Shown: positions 21,773-31,644 of the stretch, in pieces
How the letters are laid out: the number at the start of each line of letters is the position of its first letter
Numbering within the stretch: the stretch's first letter is position 1
NCBI GenBank assembly: GCA_041622995.1
Contig: JBFJXR010000001.1
Coordinates: 104,026 to 168,025, forward strand
DNA length: 64,000 bases
Reading direction: 5' to 3'
Source of the DNA: Nevskiales bacterium
GTDB taxonomy: Bacteria; Pseudomonadota; Gammaproteobacteria; Nevskiales; CAJXLF01
Made by a program: the position numbers and the translations under genes
Notes under the pieces: model-generated
Seen by the model: the letters and a program-made list of their open reading frames with translations, nothing else
The model's database searches: none
What the model was told of the DNA's origin: nothing

Positions 21773-23131
21773 ATGACTGACAACGTCCAGCAACGTGACC
21801 CTGAAGACATCCTGGCGCATTTACATCATGCGCTGGAAAGCGGTCGCATGCGCCGCCTGCAGCCAATGTTGCAGGAACTCAATCCTGCTGAGGTCGCCAC
21901 CCTGCTGGAAGGCATCCCACCCACCAAACGTAAAATTGTCTGGGGACTGGTCTCCGCTGAAGACCATGGCGAAATACTGCTCCACGTCAATGACGAGGTG
22001 CGAACCAATCTAATCGATCGTCTGGATGACGAGGTCTTGCTGGCAGCGACCGAAGGCCTCGATATCGATGACCTCGCCGACCTTCTAGAAGACCTCCCGG
22101 AAACCGTGACCCAGCAGGTTCTGAGGTCGATGGACTTCCAGAACCGGCAACGTCTCGAATCGATTCTTTCCTATCCGGCAGATAGCGCCGGCGGTCTGAT
22201 GAATATCGATACAGTGACCATCCGCCCGGATGTCACAGTAGACGTGGTACTACGTTACCTTCGCCAGCGTGGCGAACTTCCACAGGGCACAGACAAACTA
22301 TTCGTGGTTAATCGCTTTGGTCGTCATCTTGGTGCCGTATCGCTGGATAAATTATTAACCCTTGATCCCGACCAGCGTATTGGCGAGATCATGGATGATC
22401 AAATTGACCCGATTAACGTGAATACCGGCGAAAGCACGGTCGCCAAAACATTCGAGGATCTGGACCTGGTCTCCGCGCCGGTCACGGATGATCACGGCGT
22501 ACTGCTCGGTCGAATCACGATTGATGACGTCGTGGATATCATTCGCGATGAGGCCGAGCACAACTTTATGAGTCGTGCCGGTCTGGATGAAGAAGAAGAT
22601 CTGTTCGCGCCCATCATACCCAGTGCTCGTCGCAGGGCTGTCTGGCTAGGCATCAACCTGTTTACTGCATTTCTGGCCGCACGGGTAGTCGGACTCTTTG
22701 AAGCCACCATTGAAGAAGTCGTCGCACTTGCCGTACTCATGCCCATCGTCGCGAGCATGGGAGGCATTGGCGGGAGCCAGACGCTGACACTGATGATTCG
22801 CGGTCTGGCACTGGGACAGATCGGCATGGGCAACGCCAGATCGCTGCTCATCAAGGAAGTCTCGGTCGCCACCATAAATGGACTCGCCTGGGCCATTGTT
22901 GTCGCCTTGATCGTGCTTGTGTGGTTCCGCAACCCAATGATTTCAATGGTGATCGGACTGGCCATGGTGCTTAACCAGATTATCGCCGCAGCCGCGGGCG
23001 TTGGCCTGCCACTTTTATTACGCCGCCTGAGTATTGACCCTGCACTAGCAGGCAGCGTGGTGTTAACCACCATCACTGATATCGTCGGGTTCTTTGCTTT
23101 CCTGGGCCTGGGCGCGCTAATACTTCTCTAA
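21773..23131 (+). CDS. mgtE: magnesium transporter MgtE
   Basis: 452 aa with an MgtE N-domain, tandem CBS domains and a C-terminal 5-TM domain. Confidence 0.93.
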   Translation: MTDNVQQRDPEDILAHLHHALESGRMRRLQPMLQELNPAEVATLLEGIPPTKRKIVWGLVSAEDHGEILLHVNDEVRTNLIDRLDDEVLLAATEGLDIDDLADLLEDLPETVTQQVLRSMDFQNRQRLESILSYPADSAGGLMNIDTVTIRPDVTVDVVLRYLRQRGELPQGTDKLFVVNRFGRHLGAVSLDKLLTLDPDQRIGEIMDDQIDPINVNTGESTVAKTFEDLDLVSAPVTDDHGVLLGRITIDDVVDIIRDEAEHNFMSRAGLDEEEDLFAPIIPSARRRAVWLGINLFTAFLAARVVGLFEATIEEVVALAVLMPIVASMGGIGGSQTLTLMIRGLALGQIGMGNARSLLIKEVSVATINGLAWAIVVALIVLVWFRNPMISMVIGLAMVLNQIIAAAAGVGLPLLLRRLSIDPALAGSVVLTTITDIVGFFAFLGLGALILL

Positions 23132-23171
23132 ACGATTACAACCTCTTCGTATTCTACGAAGTCGCAATATA

Positions 23172-24566
23172 TTATCCCTGCCCTGCCACCGTCATGCGAT
23201 TAACGAGTATCGACCCACATCGGGTGTTGCTGCGAATATCCACATCATTACCGACTGCGACAATTTCGCGGAACATATCTTTAAGATTTCCGGCAATGGT
23301 AATGTTCTCCACTGGGTAGGCAATCTCGCCATTTTCAACCCAGAAACCCGAGCCACCACGTGAGTAGTCCCCTGTTACCGGGTTTGCCCCCGACCCCATC
23401 AGTTCTGTGACCAGCAGGCCTTTACCCATCCGCCTGAGCAAGCCTGCCTGATCCAGTTCGCCAGGATCCAGAATCAGGTTATACACACCGCCGGCGTTGC
23501 CTGTGGATTCAAGCCCCAGACGTCGTGCTGCATAACTCCCCAGGACATAGCCCTGTAACACACCCTCTGTAATCAGGTCACGAGTCTCGGTAGCAACACC
23601 TTCGCGGTCGAACGAACTGCTGCCCATACCACCCGGAAGACACGGTTGTTGATGAATGCGAATGTGATCAGCAAACACCGGCTCGCCCACTTTATCTAAC
23701 AGAAAACTCGCCTTCCGATACAGTGCGCCACCACTGATGGCTCCGATAAAGCTGCCAATAAGCCCACGGGCCAGTTGAGGCGGGAATAACACCGGCGCCT
23801 CGCATGTTTTCAAATCACGTGCACCCAGACGAGCCACAGCCCGGGCAGCCGCTTCTCGCCCTATGGACTCGGGACTCGCCATAAGTGATGGCACACGCAC
23901 ATTGTCATACCAATAATCACGCTGCATGTCAGCACTGTCCGCATCCTGCGCCAACATCACGCAGGACAGGCTGTGTTCAGTCGAACACTTACTGCCTATG
24001 AAACCATTACTGTTGCAATATATGGATATGCCCCGGCGCGTATCCAGACTCGCGCCATCGCTATTAATAATGCGTGGATCAAAATCAAAAGCCGCAGCTT
24101 CTGCCGCTTGTGCAAGCGCTACTGCCTCATCTACAGCCAGAGACCAGGGGTGGTCGAGGTCAAGATCTGGAAATTCCGTGGCCAGCCTTTCAGGGTCAGC
24201 CAGACCGGCATAGGGATCTTCAGCCATATGCCGCGCCATACTGCAGGCCATACCGACGGTTTCCCGCACAGCATCCAGTGCAAAATCAGCTGTGCTCGCC
24301 TGGGCCTTGCGCTTTCCGAAATACACGGTTATGCCCAGCTCGCGGTCATCCTGGAATTCGACAGTTTCAATTTCAGCCTTGCGTACCTGCACCGTCAAGG
24401 CCGTACTGACACCGATGTTTGCAGTCACATCCGAAGCGCCATGCGCCCGGGCTGCTTCCATGGCAGATTCGATAACCGGTATCAAATCGGAAACTTTCGG
24501 CAGGTTTTGCTCGATCCTTGCTGACGAGTCGTCGTGCCTGATTAAACTGTTTTGTGGTGTTTTCAT
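23172..24566 (-). CDS. pmbA: metalloprotease PmbA/TldE
   Basis: 464-aa PmbA/TldD family sequence (e.g. GNAGGVYNLIL, GSGANPVTGDYSRG). Confidence 0.9.
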   Translation of the reverse strand: MKTPQNSLIRHDDSSARIEQNLPKVSDLIPVIESAMEAARAHGASDVTANIGVSTALTVQVRKAEIETVEFQDDRELGITVYFGKRKAQASTADFALDAVRETVGMACSMARHMAEDPYAGLADPERLATEFPDLDLDHPWSLAVDEAVALAQAAEAAAFDFDPRIINSDGASLDTRRGISIYCNSNGFIGSKCSTEHSLSCVMLAQDADSADMQRDYWYDNVRVPSLMASPESIGREAAARAVARLGARDLKTCEAPVLFPPQLARGLIGSFIGAISGGALYRKASFLLDKVGEPVFADHIRIHQQPCLPGGMGSSSFDREGVATETRDLITEGVLQGYVLGSYAARRLGLESTGNAGGVYNLILDPGELDQAGLLRRMGKGLLVTELMGSGANPVTGDYSRGGSGFWVENGEIAYPVENITIAGNLKDMFREIVAVGNDVDIRSNTRCGSILVNRMTVAGQG

Positions 24567-24654
24567 GTCTGACTACTTAATTAACAGCGGCTATTGTGCC
24601 ACGCTGACTTCAGGTTAGACTGCTCTTCAGGTTTTATTCCGGTTTTATACTTCT

Positions 24655-24951
24655 ATGCATTCCACACGAAGAACTTTAATTCTGCTTTTTAGTACATGTG
24701 CACTTTTGGCCTGCGCCGGGCAAACGTCGTTATCTCCCCAGGGGGACGGCAGCTTCAGAGTCACCGCAGAGGAAAAAAGCGCCGTAGAAGCCACTGACTC
24801 AGCTAAAAAAGAAGCCAAACGCACCTGTGACAAAACTGATCAGAAAGTTTCCGTCTTGAGCCAGCGCACAGGCGTGATAGACAGCACAGAACCAGGCGGC
24901 ACTAAATACCGGATTGTGCTGCATTTCAGTTGCATAGACAGTTCCCCGTAA
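24655..24951 (+). CDS. small hypothetical lipoprotein
   Basis: 98-aa ORF whose signal peptide ends in the lipobox LLAC. It is followed by a strong hairpin. No family was recognised. Confidence 0.55.
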   Translation: MHSTRRTLILLFSTCALLACAGQTSLSPQGDGSFRVTAEEKSAVEATDSAKKEAKRTCDKTDQKVSVLSQRTGVIDSTEPGGTKYRIVLHFSCIDSSP

Positions 24952-24955
24952 ACAA

Positions 24956-24988
24956 GTGGGCCCGAATTTCATCGGGCCCACCTATTTT
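24956..24988 (+). terminator. intrinsic terminator after the small lipoprotein gene
   Basis: GTGGGCCCGA-ATTTCA-TCGGGCCCAC is a 10-bp perfect stem followed by CTATTTTCA. Confidence 0.6.
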
Positions 24989-25917
24989 CATAACTTACGC
25001 AATGCCGGGCGCATCATACCCTCCAACTGATAGATCGCCAGCGACGAAATAATCAAACCAGCCCCTTTCAGCGCCAAGTCGCTGAGCACCTCTCCTTCAA
25101 GCACGCTTCCCAGCATCAGGGCCAGCACCGGGGTGATTAACGGAATCAGCGCCACTGTTGCCGCCGTCAGTCGCTGCAATACATAGTAATAGGCTACAAA
25201 ACCGACAACTGAGCCAAATATCCCAAGATACAAGGTAGCGGCAATCGCCTGTGTCTCCACATTCACCGGCAGCTCACCGTCCAGAAAATACCAGAGCAAT
25301 GCATAGCCGGGTAATGAATACAGCAATGTTCCTGCCGTATGCACAAGGGGGTCGATACCGGTATCGAATTTTTTCACTAGAACAGCACTTAATGAAAACA
25401 ACACCGTAGCCGTGGTCAGGCCCAACAGACCCTTCATTGCCTCGATATTGAACTCACCCAGGTCAAAAGCCTCGCCTCCAAACACCATTGCGAGTCCCGC
25501 CACGGCACAGAGCAGTGCAAGCACACGTAACGGCGTCAGTGCACGTTCATCAAGCAGCCAGTAGGCCAGGACCCCCGACAGGATTGGGCTCACACCAAAC
25601 AATACCGAGATCAGACCGGAGGGTACATACTGACTGCTCCAGTACACGAGTGACATCGCCCCAAATACCCCGACACTTGCCAGCGCATAACCACGCTGCG
25701 CAGCTGCATGCCATGGAAAAGGTTTGCGCAGTATATAAACCAGCAATGTAGCCACCAGAGCGCCAAGCATCATGCGACTCAGGGCGGCACCGCTATAACC
25801 CAGGCCAACACTGCTCCACTTGATAGCAAGCGGCGTAGTGGCCCAGATTAGAACAACGGTTACGTAGGCTGACGGTATTGACATGGCTCCATCCTCAAAA
25901 CACGAATGTATTTTCAC
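24988..25917 (-). CDS. EamA/DMT-family transporter
   Basis: 309 aa with about 10 hydrophobic segments in a two-repeat EamA-like organisation. Confidence 0.8.
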   Translation of the reverse strand: MKIHSCFEDGAMSIPSAYVTVVLIWATTPLAIKWSSVGLGYSGAALSRMMLGALVATLLVYILRKPFPWHAAAQRGYALASVGVFGAMSLVYWSSQYVPSGLISVLFGVSPILSGVLAYWLLDERALTPLRVLALLCAVAGLAMVFGGEAFDLGEFNIEAMKGLLGLTTATVLFSLSAVLVKKFDTGIDPLVHTAGTLLYSLPGYALLWYFLDGELPVNVETQAIAATLYLGIFGSVVGFVAYYYVLQRLTAATVALIPLITPVLALMLGSVLEGEVLSDLALKGAGLIISSLAIYQLEGMMRPALRKL

Positions 25918-26007
25918 ATCCAGCTAAACGTACTGCGGCACCTCTGCTGCTCGATCCTTGCGATTCCCGCTTAAGTTAAGGTGGGGGAATTAAAGGAGGT
26001 TGTGGAA

Positions 26008-26046
26008 ACAAAAAAGGCCGCAGGTCTGAAACGCTGCGGCCTTTTG
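26008..26046 (-). terminator. intrinsic terminator about 160 nt downstream of mpl (A-run and T-run on either side, so possibly bidirectional)
   Basis: GGCCGCAG (26016-26023) pairs with CTGCGGCC (26034-26041). It is flanked by AAAAAA upstream and TTTT downstream on the plus strand. Confidence 0.65.
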
Positions 26047-26203
26047 CGAAATCGTTAAAATCTACGAACTGAACGATCAACTCTCCAAAGCAGGCAGCGC
26101 TGCAGGTTTGCACCATGAAAGGCGCACCTGGCTAATCTGCATTGGAAGTCGTTTGTTAAAAATATTCATAGCGCGCGCAGTTTGCCCTGCCTGAGAATTT
26201 CGG

Positions 26204-27553
26204 TCAAGCCAGCCGATCGAGAAGCTTGTCATGAACGCCAGCAAAGCCGCCATTACTCATCACAACTATGCGGTCTTCAGGTCGGGCGTAAGACACCACA
26301 TCCTCCACCAGCACATCGAGATCAGAATAAACAGCTGCCTTTTCGCCCATCGATGCAAAAACACTTTGCACATCCCAGTCGACCCCCGGCCCCTGGTACA
26401 CAAAACTCTGATCGGCGTCCTGCAGGGAATCCGCCAGACGTGCACTATGCACACCCATCTTCATAGTATTGGAGCGCGGCTCCAGAACAGCCAGAATACG
26501 GCCCTGAGAAGTTTGCGCCCGCACACCGGCAAGCGTCGTAAGTATTGCCGTTGGGTGATGTGCGAAATCATCGTATACACGGACTCCGCCCACTTCACCG
26601 CGAAATTCCATACGACGCTTCACACCCTTGAATCTGGATAATGCAGCGCAGGCATCCTCGGGTTTCACGCCCGCATGACGCGCCGCACCAATTGCGGTCA
26701 AGGCGTTATTTACGTTGTGCTGACCCAGCATTCCCCATCGCACTTCGCCCATTGGAACCCCGCCGAAACTGACCGCGAACTCGCTTCCATCAGCTTTATT
26801 CAATCCGGCCTGCCAGCCATCGGCATGCCCGAATGACTCGACCTGCGTCCAACAACCCATGTCCAGCGTGGTCGAGACTTCTTCTTCCTGATCATCTGCC
26901 AGGATAAGTCCCTGCCCGGGGACCGTACGTACAAGGTGGTGAAACTGTTTCCGGATGGCCTCGATATCAGGGAAGATATCGGCATGATCAAACTCGATAT
27001 TATTAATCACCAGTGTTCGTGGCCGGTAATGCACAAACTTGGATCGTTTATCAAAAAAGGCCGTATCGTATTCATCGGCCTCCACGACAAAGAATGGCGC
27101 CTCCCCAAGACGGGCCGAGACACCAAAATCCGCCGCAACACCACCTATCAGGAATCCCGGCTTCAGGCCTGCATCTTCAAGTATCCATGCCAGCATACTG
27201 CTGGTAGTGGTCTTGCCATGCGTACCCGAAACAGCAAGCACCCATCGGTCATGCAATACATGTTCTGCCAGCCATTGCGGACCTGAGGTATACGACAAAC
27301 CCTTGTCCAGTACATATTCAACAGCGGGATTGCCGCGTGTCATGACATTCCCGATCACCACAACATCAGGCTGCGGATCGAGTTGGGCCGGGTCAAAACC
27401 CTGCAGGACATCGACGCCCTGCTCCGCCAGCATGGTACTCATGGGCGGATAAACATTTTCATCCGAGCCGGTAACACGATGTCCGGCAGCTCGGGCCAAC
27501 AATGCGATGCCGCCCATGAAAGTGCCGCAGATGCCGAGTATATGTACATGCAT
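26204..27553 (-). CDS. mpl: UDP-N-acetylmuramate:L-alanyl-gamma-D-glutamyl-meso-diaminopimelate ligase
   Basis: 449 aa. MHVHILGICGTFMGGIALLA is the typical Mpl N-terminus, and GTHGKTTT is the Mur-ligase P-loop. Confidence 0.92.
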   Translation of the reverse strand: MHVHILGICGTFMGGIALLARAAGHRVTGSDENVYPPMSTMLAEQGVDVLQGFDPAQLDPQPDVVVIGNVMTRGNPAVEYVLDKGLSYTSGPQWLAEHVLHDRWVLAVSGTHGKTTTSSMLAWILEDAGLKPGFLIGGVAADFGVSARLGEAPFFVVEADEYDTAFFDKRSKFVHYRPRTLVINNIEFDHADIFPDIEAIRKQFHHLVRTVPGQGLILADDQEEEVSTTLDMGCWTQVESFGHADGWQAGLNKADGSEFAVSFGGVPMGEVRWGMLGQHNVNNALTAIGAARHAGVKPEDACAALSRFKGVKRRMEFRGEVGGVRVYDDFAHHPTAILTTLAGVRAQTSQGRILAVLEPRSNTMKMGVHSARLADSLQDADQSFVYQGPGVDWDVQSVFASMGEKAAVYSDLDVLVEDVVSYARPEDRIVVMSNGGFAGVHDKLLDRLA

Positions 27554-27569
27554 AAGCAGCTCCTGTTGC

Positions 27570-28148
27570 CTAACGCAAAACCAGCACTAAAAACATCACA
27601 GCTGTCGGGAACAATAATGTCACTGCCATTGCCCGGCCACGTGATATCTCCAACGCGTGATGGAATATATGCGCCATGACCAGCAATCGCCACATATAAA
27701 CAAATAAAAGGAGCACCATCGACAATCCCGGGATCTGGATGGCCTCGATCTGTTCAGGGCTGATCTCGGAACCCGTATTCTGGGCCTGTTGGACTATTTC
27801 CTGCATTTTCAACAGATGGGGCATCAGGTCCAATAGCGGCCCGACCTCCAGAATATTGAATACCGCCGCCGTCATCGTAAAACCCATAAAGCTCTGCTGA
27901 AAGCGGGCTCGCTTACCAGCCACCATTAGAACGACCCATACGAAACCGGCAAGGTAAGCCAGACTACTGACTGCCTGCATGAACGACACAGGCACGTTCA
28001 TATCCGTAACGCTGAGATAGGCAAATGTACTGATCAGCACATAGACCCCGATAATTGCCATCATTAACTCGCGGCGGGCAGGTAAATCCTGCGGGCCTTT
28101 CCTGAGCAGCAACATATCAAGCGTGGCACGTGTTATGTAATTAACCAT
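27570..28148 (-). CDS. hypothetical integral membrane protein
   Basis: 192-aa ORF with about 5 hydrophobic segments. No family was recognised with confidence. Confidence 0.6.
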   Translation of the reverse strand: MVNYITRATLDMLLLRKGPQDLPARRELMMAIIGVYVLISTFAYLSVTDMNVPVSFMQAVSSLAYLAGFVWVVLMVAGKRARFQQSFMGFTMTAAVFNILEVGPLLDLMPHLLKMQEIVQQAQNTGSEISPEQIEAIQIPGLSMVLLLFVYMWRLLVMAHIFHHALEISRGRAMAVTLLFPTAVMFLVLVLR

Positions 28149-28236
28149 AGGTTAGATAGCCAAACATGAAGTGATTTGAACGCGCATAATACCCGACTCA
28201 GCCGCCCCTTCCGACTGTCCTCCGAGATTCATTAAC

Positions 28237-29376
28237 ATGACGACCGAATACATCTTTATCGACACCAGTGAACAACTTGAAGAATATTGCGATAAAGCCG
28301 CCGCCTTCCCATGGCTAGCCGTGGATACCGAGTTCATACGTGAGAAGACCTATTTCCCACAGTGGTGCCTGTTACAGCTTGCCACCCCGGAGTCCATTGC
28401 CTGCATTGATGTGCTGGCAATTACAGATATGTCTCCGGCAATGGATCTCATGTACAACCCCGACATTGTGAAACTGTTTCATGCCGCAAGTCAGGATATG
28501 GAGATTTTTCATCTCGCTGGCGGGAAGCCACCTGCGCCCATATTTGATACCCAGCTGGCTGCCGCGCTATCCGGACATGGCGACCAGATCGGATATGCGA
28601 ACCTGGTGCAACGTGTCATGGAAGTCAATCTGGAAAAAGGTCATTCCCGATGTGACTGGAGCCGACGTCCGCTCTCGAAGGGCGAGCTTGCCTATGCCGC
28701 TGATGACGTCGTTCATTTGGGCCCGATTTACAAAATCCTCACTGATGAATTACAGGCGCGTGGACGTCTCGAATGGCTGCAGGTCGATCTTGATTCTCTG
28801 ACTGACCCCTCCCGTTACACACCTGATCCGGACAATGCCTGGCGCAGACTGAAAGGCCTCGGCAGACTGAAACCCCAACAGCAACAGCGGGCGGCCAAGC
28901 TCGCCAAATGGCGTGAAACAGAAGCTATCGAGCGTAATCGACCACGCAAATGGATACTCAGTGACGGCGCATTGAACGACCTGTCTCGCCGCCCTCCTCA
29001 GTCTCTCGACGATATGAGCCGGTTACGGGAAATGAGCGCTGAAACGATTAAACGTCATGGCGAAACCCTGTTGGAAATACTGGCTGAAACCGGTTTGCCC
29101 GAGGGTGCGCTGGTCGAAGACAAGCGCATTCTGCAGCCGGAACAGGAACCTGTCGTTGATTTGCTGATGGCCTGCCTGCGGCAGGCTGCGCAGAAGAACG
29201 AACTGGCCACTGCCGCTCTGGGTAAACGGGCTGATCTGGAAAAGCTCGTGGCTGGAGACCGGGAAACTGCACTGCTAAAAGGCTGGCGCAAAGTCGCTGT
29301 TGGCGACGATCTGCTAAAAATTCTGGATGGTAAAGTTCAGGCATCCGTGAATTCGGGACGCCTTCATTTCAAGTAA
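28237..29376 (+). CDS. rnd: ribonuclease D
   Basis: 379 aa with a DEDD 3'-5' exonuclease core (LAVDTEF, HAASQDMEIF, YAADDV) followed by HRDC-like regions. Confidence 0.9.
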   Translation: MTTEYIFIDTSEQLEEYCDKAAAFPWLAVDTEFIREKTYFPQWCLLQLATPESIACIDVLAITDMSPAMDLMYNPDIVKLFHAASQDMEIFHLAGGKPPAPIFDTQLAAALSGHGDQIGYANLVQRVMEVNLEKGHSRCDWSRRPLSKGELAYAADDVVHLGPIYKILTDELQARGRLEWLQVDLDSLTDPSRYTPDPDNAWRRLKGLGRLKPQQQQRAAKLAKWRETEAIERNRPRKWILSDGALNDLSRRPPQSLDDMSRLREMSAETIKRHGETLLEILAETGLPEGALVEDKRILQPEQEPVVDLLMACLRQAAQKNELATAALGKRADLEKLVAGDRETALLKGWRKVAVGDDLLKILDGKVQASVNSGRLHFK

Positions 29377-29389
29377 TGAAAATAATACA

Positions 29390-29418
29390 AAAAAGCCGCG
29401 CATTGCGCGGCTTTTTTA
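29390..29418. terminator. bidirectional intrinsic terminator shared by convergent rnd and adk
   Basis: AAAAAGCCGCG-CATTG-CGCGGCTTTTTT, with an A-run and a T-run flanking a GC stem. Confidence 0.8.
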
Positions 29419-29434
29419 TTATTCAGCGGCAGCT

Positions 29435-30073
29435 CTATAACGCTGCAGTCAGGCGCGAATATATGTCTTCGATATCACCTTCGCCGGCAATACTGATCAA
29501 CTTACCCTGTGCCTTGTAATAATTTACCAGAGGTGCCGTCTGATTCTCATAGACCTCCAGACGATTGGTAATGGTTTCTTCATTATCGTCAGCGCGATGC
29601 TGTAATTCTCCACCGCATTTGTCGCATGTGCCTTCCTGTGCCGGGGCACTGAAATAGACGTTGTACATCTGACCGCAGTCAGCACAGGTACGACGACCCG
29701 TCAGTCGCTTGAGCAGCGAATCAAAATCGACATCTATCAAGACACCTTTGTCCAGCGGCTGTCCTTCAGCTTCAAGCATGACATCCAGCGCTTCTGCCTG
29801 GGGAATGCTGCGCGGAAAACCGTCTAGAATAAAGCCATTGGCAGCATCCGCTTCAGCCAGTCGCTCACGGATCATGCCAATAACAATGTCATCCGCCACA
29901 AGCTCGCCAGCATCCATTGCGGTCTTGGCTTTCTGCCCCAACTCGGTACCCGCCTTAACTGCAGCGCGCAACAAATCACCCGTCGATATCTGTGGGATAT
30001 TCTTGCGATCCATAAGAATCTTGGCCTGGGTACCCTTACCGGAACCCGGTGCACCTAATAGTACGAGTCGCAT
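29435..30073 (-). CDS. adk: adenylate kinase
   Basis: 212 aa, starting MRLVLLGAPGSGKGTQA, with a Cys-containing LID domain (CADCG...CDKCG). Confidence 0.95.
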   Translation of the reverse strand: MRLVLLGAPGSGKGTQAKILMDRKNIPQISTGDLLRAAVKAGTELGQKAKTAMDAGELVADDIVIGMIRERLAEADAANGFILDGFPRSIPQAEALDVMLEAEGQPLDKGVLIDVDFDSLLKRLTGRRTCADCGQMYNVYFSAPAQEGTCDKCGGELQHRADDNEETITNRLEVYENQTAPLVNYYKAQGKLISIAGEGDIEDIYSRLTAAL

Positions 30074-30301
30074 GTATTACTCCCTCCCAGGGAATGTGCG
30101 GTGAATGGCAATAACCGCATTGACTGCCAAACACGGATATTTGGCAATAAATAATGAACAAGGGGCGCAAAATTAGCCTCCAGCGCGCCTTAAGTCAATG
30201 CCAAACCCCCAGATAGCGCTCACTTTGCCGTAGTCTTCGATACACGATTTCCAGTATCCTATGCGGCTTGTCATGCCCATCTTTAAGTCACTCAGGCGCA
30301 A

Positions 30302-31588
30302 ATGCCTGAACACAGGAATGCAATTATGGCCGTCAAGAATGCCTTTTATGCCCAGTCAGGCGGTGTTACCGCCGTCATCAACGCCACCGCCTGTGGTGTC
30401 ATCGAAACAGCGCGCCAGCACAGCGACAAGATAGGTAAAGTCTACGCGGGCCGTAATGGCATCATTGGCGCACTCACAGAAGACCTGATTGATACAAGCC
30501 TGGAAAGTGCTGAAGACATTGCGGCACTCAAGAACACACCCGCCGGCGCATTTGGATCCTGCCGCTACAAGCTCAAGAGTCTGGAAGAAAACCGCGCTGA
30601 ATATGAACGGCTCATTGAGGTTTTCAAAGCGCATGACATCGGCTACTTTTTCTATAATGGTGGCGGTGACTCTGCAGATACCTGCCACAAGGTAAGCCAA
30701 CTCGGTGAGTCCATGGGCTACCCGATCCAGGCCATCCATGTACCTAAAACAATGGATAACGATCTGCCCCATACCGATTGTTGCCCCGGATTTGGCTCAG
30801 TTGCCAAATACACAGCTGTCTCCATAAAAGAGGCCGGCTTTGACCTCGCCAGCATGTCCAAGACCTCCACCAAGGTATTCATACTCGAGGTCATGGGGCG
30901 TCATGCAGGCTGGACGGCCGCTGCCGGCGGATTGGCCGCTGAACAGGAGGGTGATGACCCTCAGATCATCCTCTTCCCCGAGGTTGCATTTGATCAAGCT
31001 AAATTCCTTGCACGGGTGCAGGAAACTGTCGACAATTATGGCCACTGCACAATCGTCGCATCCGAAGGCATCAAAAATACCGAAGGAAAATTCGTAGCAG
31101 ATGCCGGATCAGTCGATGCATTCGGTCATACACAACTGGGCGGAGTTGCCTCCACGCTGGCCAGCATTATCAAAGCCGAACTCGGACTCAAATACCACTA
31201 CGCCATTGCCGACTATCTGATGCGTGCAGCCCGTCACATTGCATCCGGCACAGACCTGGAACAGGCCTATGCGGTAGGCAAGGGCGCAGTTGAGATGGCA
31301 GTTGCCGGCAAAGGGGGCATCATGGTGTCCATTGTACGTGAATCCGATGCGCCCTATGTCTGGTCGATCGGTGAGGCACCGCTGGACGAAGTGGCCAATG
31401 TAGAAAAGAAAATGCCCGCGGAATTCATTACTGACGATGGCTTCCATATCACCGAGGCCTGTCGTCGTTACCTTGCCCCACTGATTGCCGGCGAACATTA
31501 TCCCGAGTACAAGAATGGCCTGCCGCAGTACGTCAAACTAAAGAACATCGCCGTGCCCAAGAAAACCGGCACCGAGTTTTCCCTGTAA
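30302..31588 (+). CDS. pfp: pyrophosphate-dependent 6-phosphofructokinase (PFK family, PPi-type signature residues)
   Basis: 428 aa in the PFK family. GGGDS carries Asp where E. coli PfkA has Gly104, and PKTMDND carries Lys where PfkA has Gly124. Both substitutions are associated with PPi dependence. The start may be the Met at 30329. Confidence 0.78.
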   Translation: MPEHRNAIMAVKNAFYAQSGGVTAVINATACGVIETARQHSDKIGKVYAGRNGIIGALTEDLIDTSLESAEDIAALKNTPAGAFGSCRYKLKSLEENRAEYERLIEVFKAHDIGYFFYNGGGDSADTCHKVSQLGESMGYPIQAIHVPKTMDNDLPHTDCCPGFGSVAKYTAVSIKEAGFDLASMSKTSTKVFILEVMGRHAGWTAAAGGLAAEQEGDDPQIILFPEVAFDQAKFLARVQETVDNYGHCTIVASEGIKNTEGKFVADAGSVDAFGHTQLGGVASTLASIIKAELGLKYHYAIADYLMRAARHIASGTDLEQAYAVGKGAVEMAVAGKGGIMVSIVRESDAPYVWSIGEAPLDEVANVEKKMPAEFITDDGFHITEACRRYLAPLIAGEHYPEYKNGLPQYVKLKNIAVPKKTGTEFSL

Positions 31589-31644
31589 ATGCAGGTATAA
31601 TGCGCGCCTTCCAAAGATTAAACCGAGCCTAGAGGAAACTACAC

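Noticed and set aside
25992-26060. A strong AAGGAGG followed by GTG/TTG mini-ORFs (9-18 codons) running through the terminator hairpin.
   Set aside because: The spacing from the Shine-Dalgarno-like sequence to the candidate starts is only 2-3 nt. The peptides also read through a terminator stem. This is more likely chance or part of an RNA element than a coding gene.
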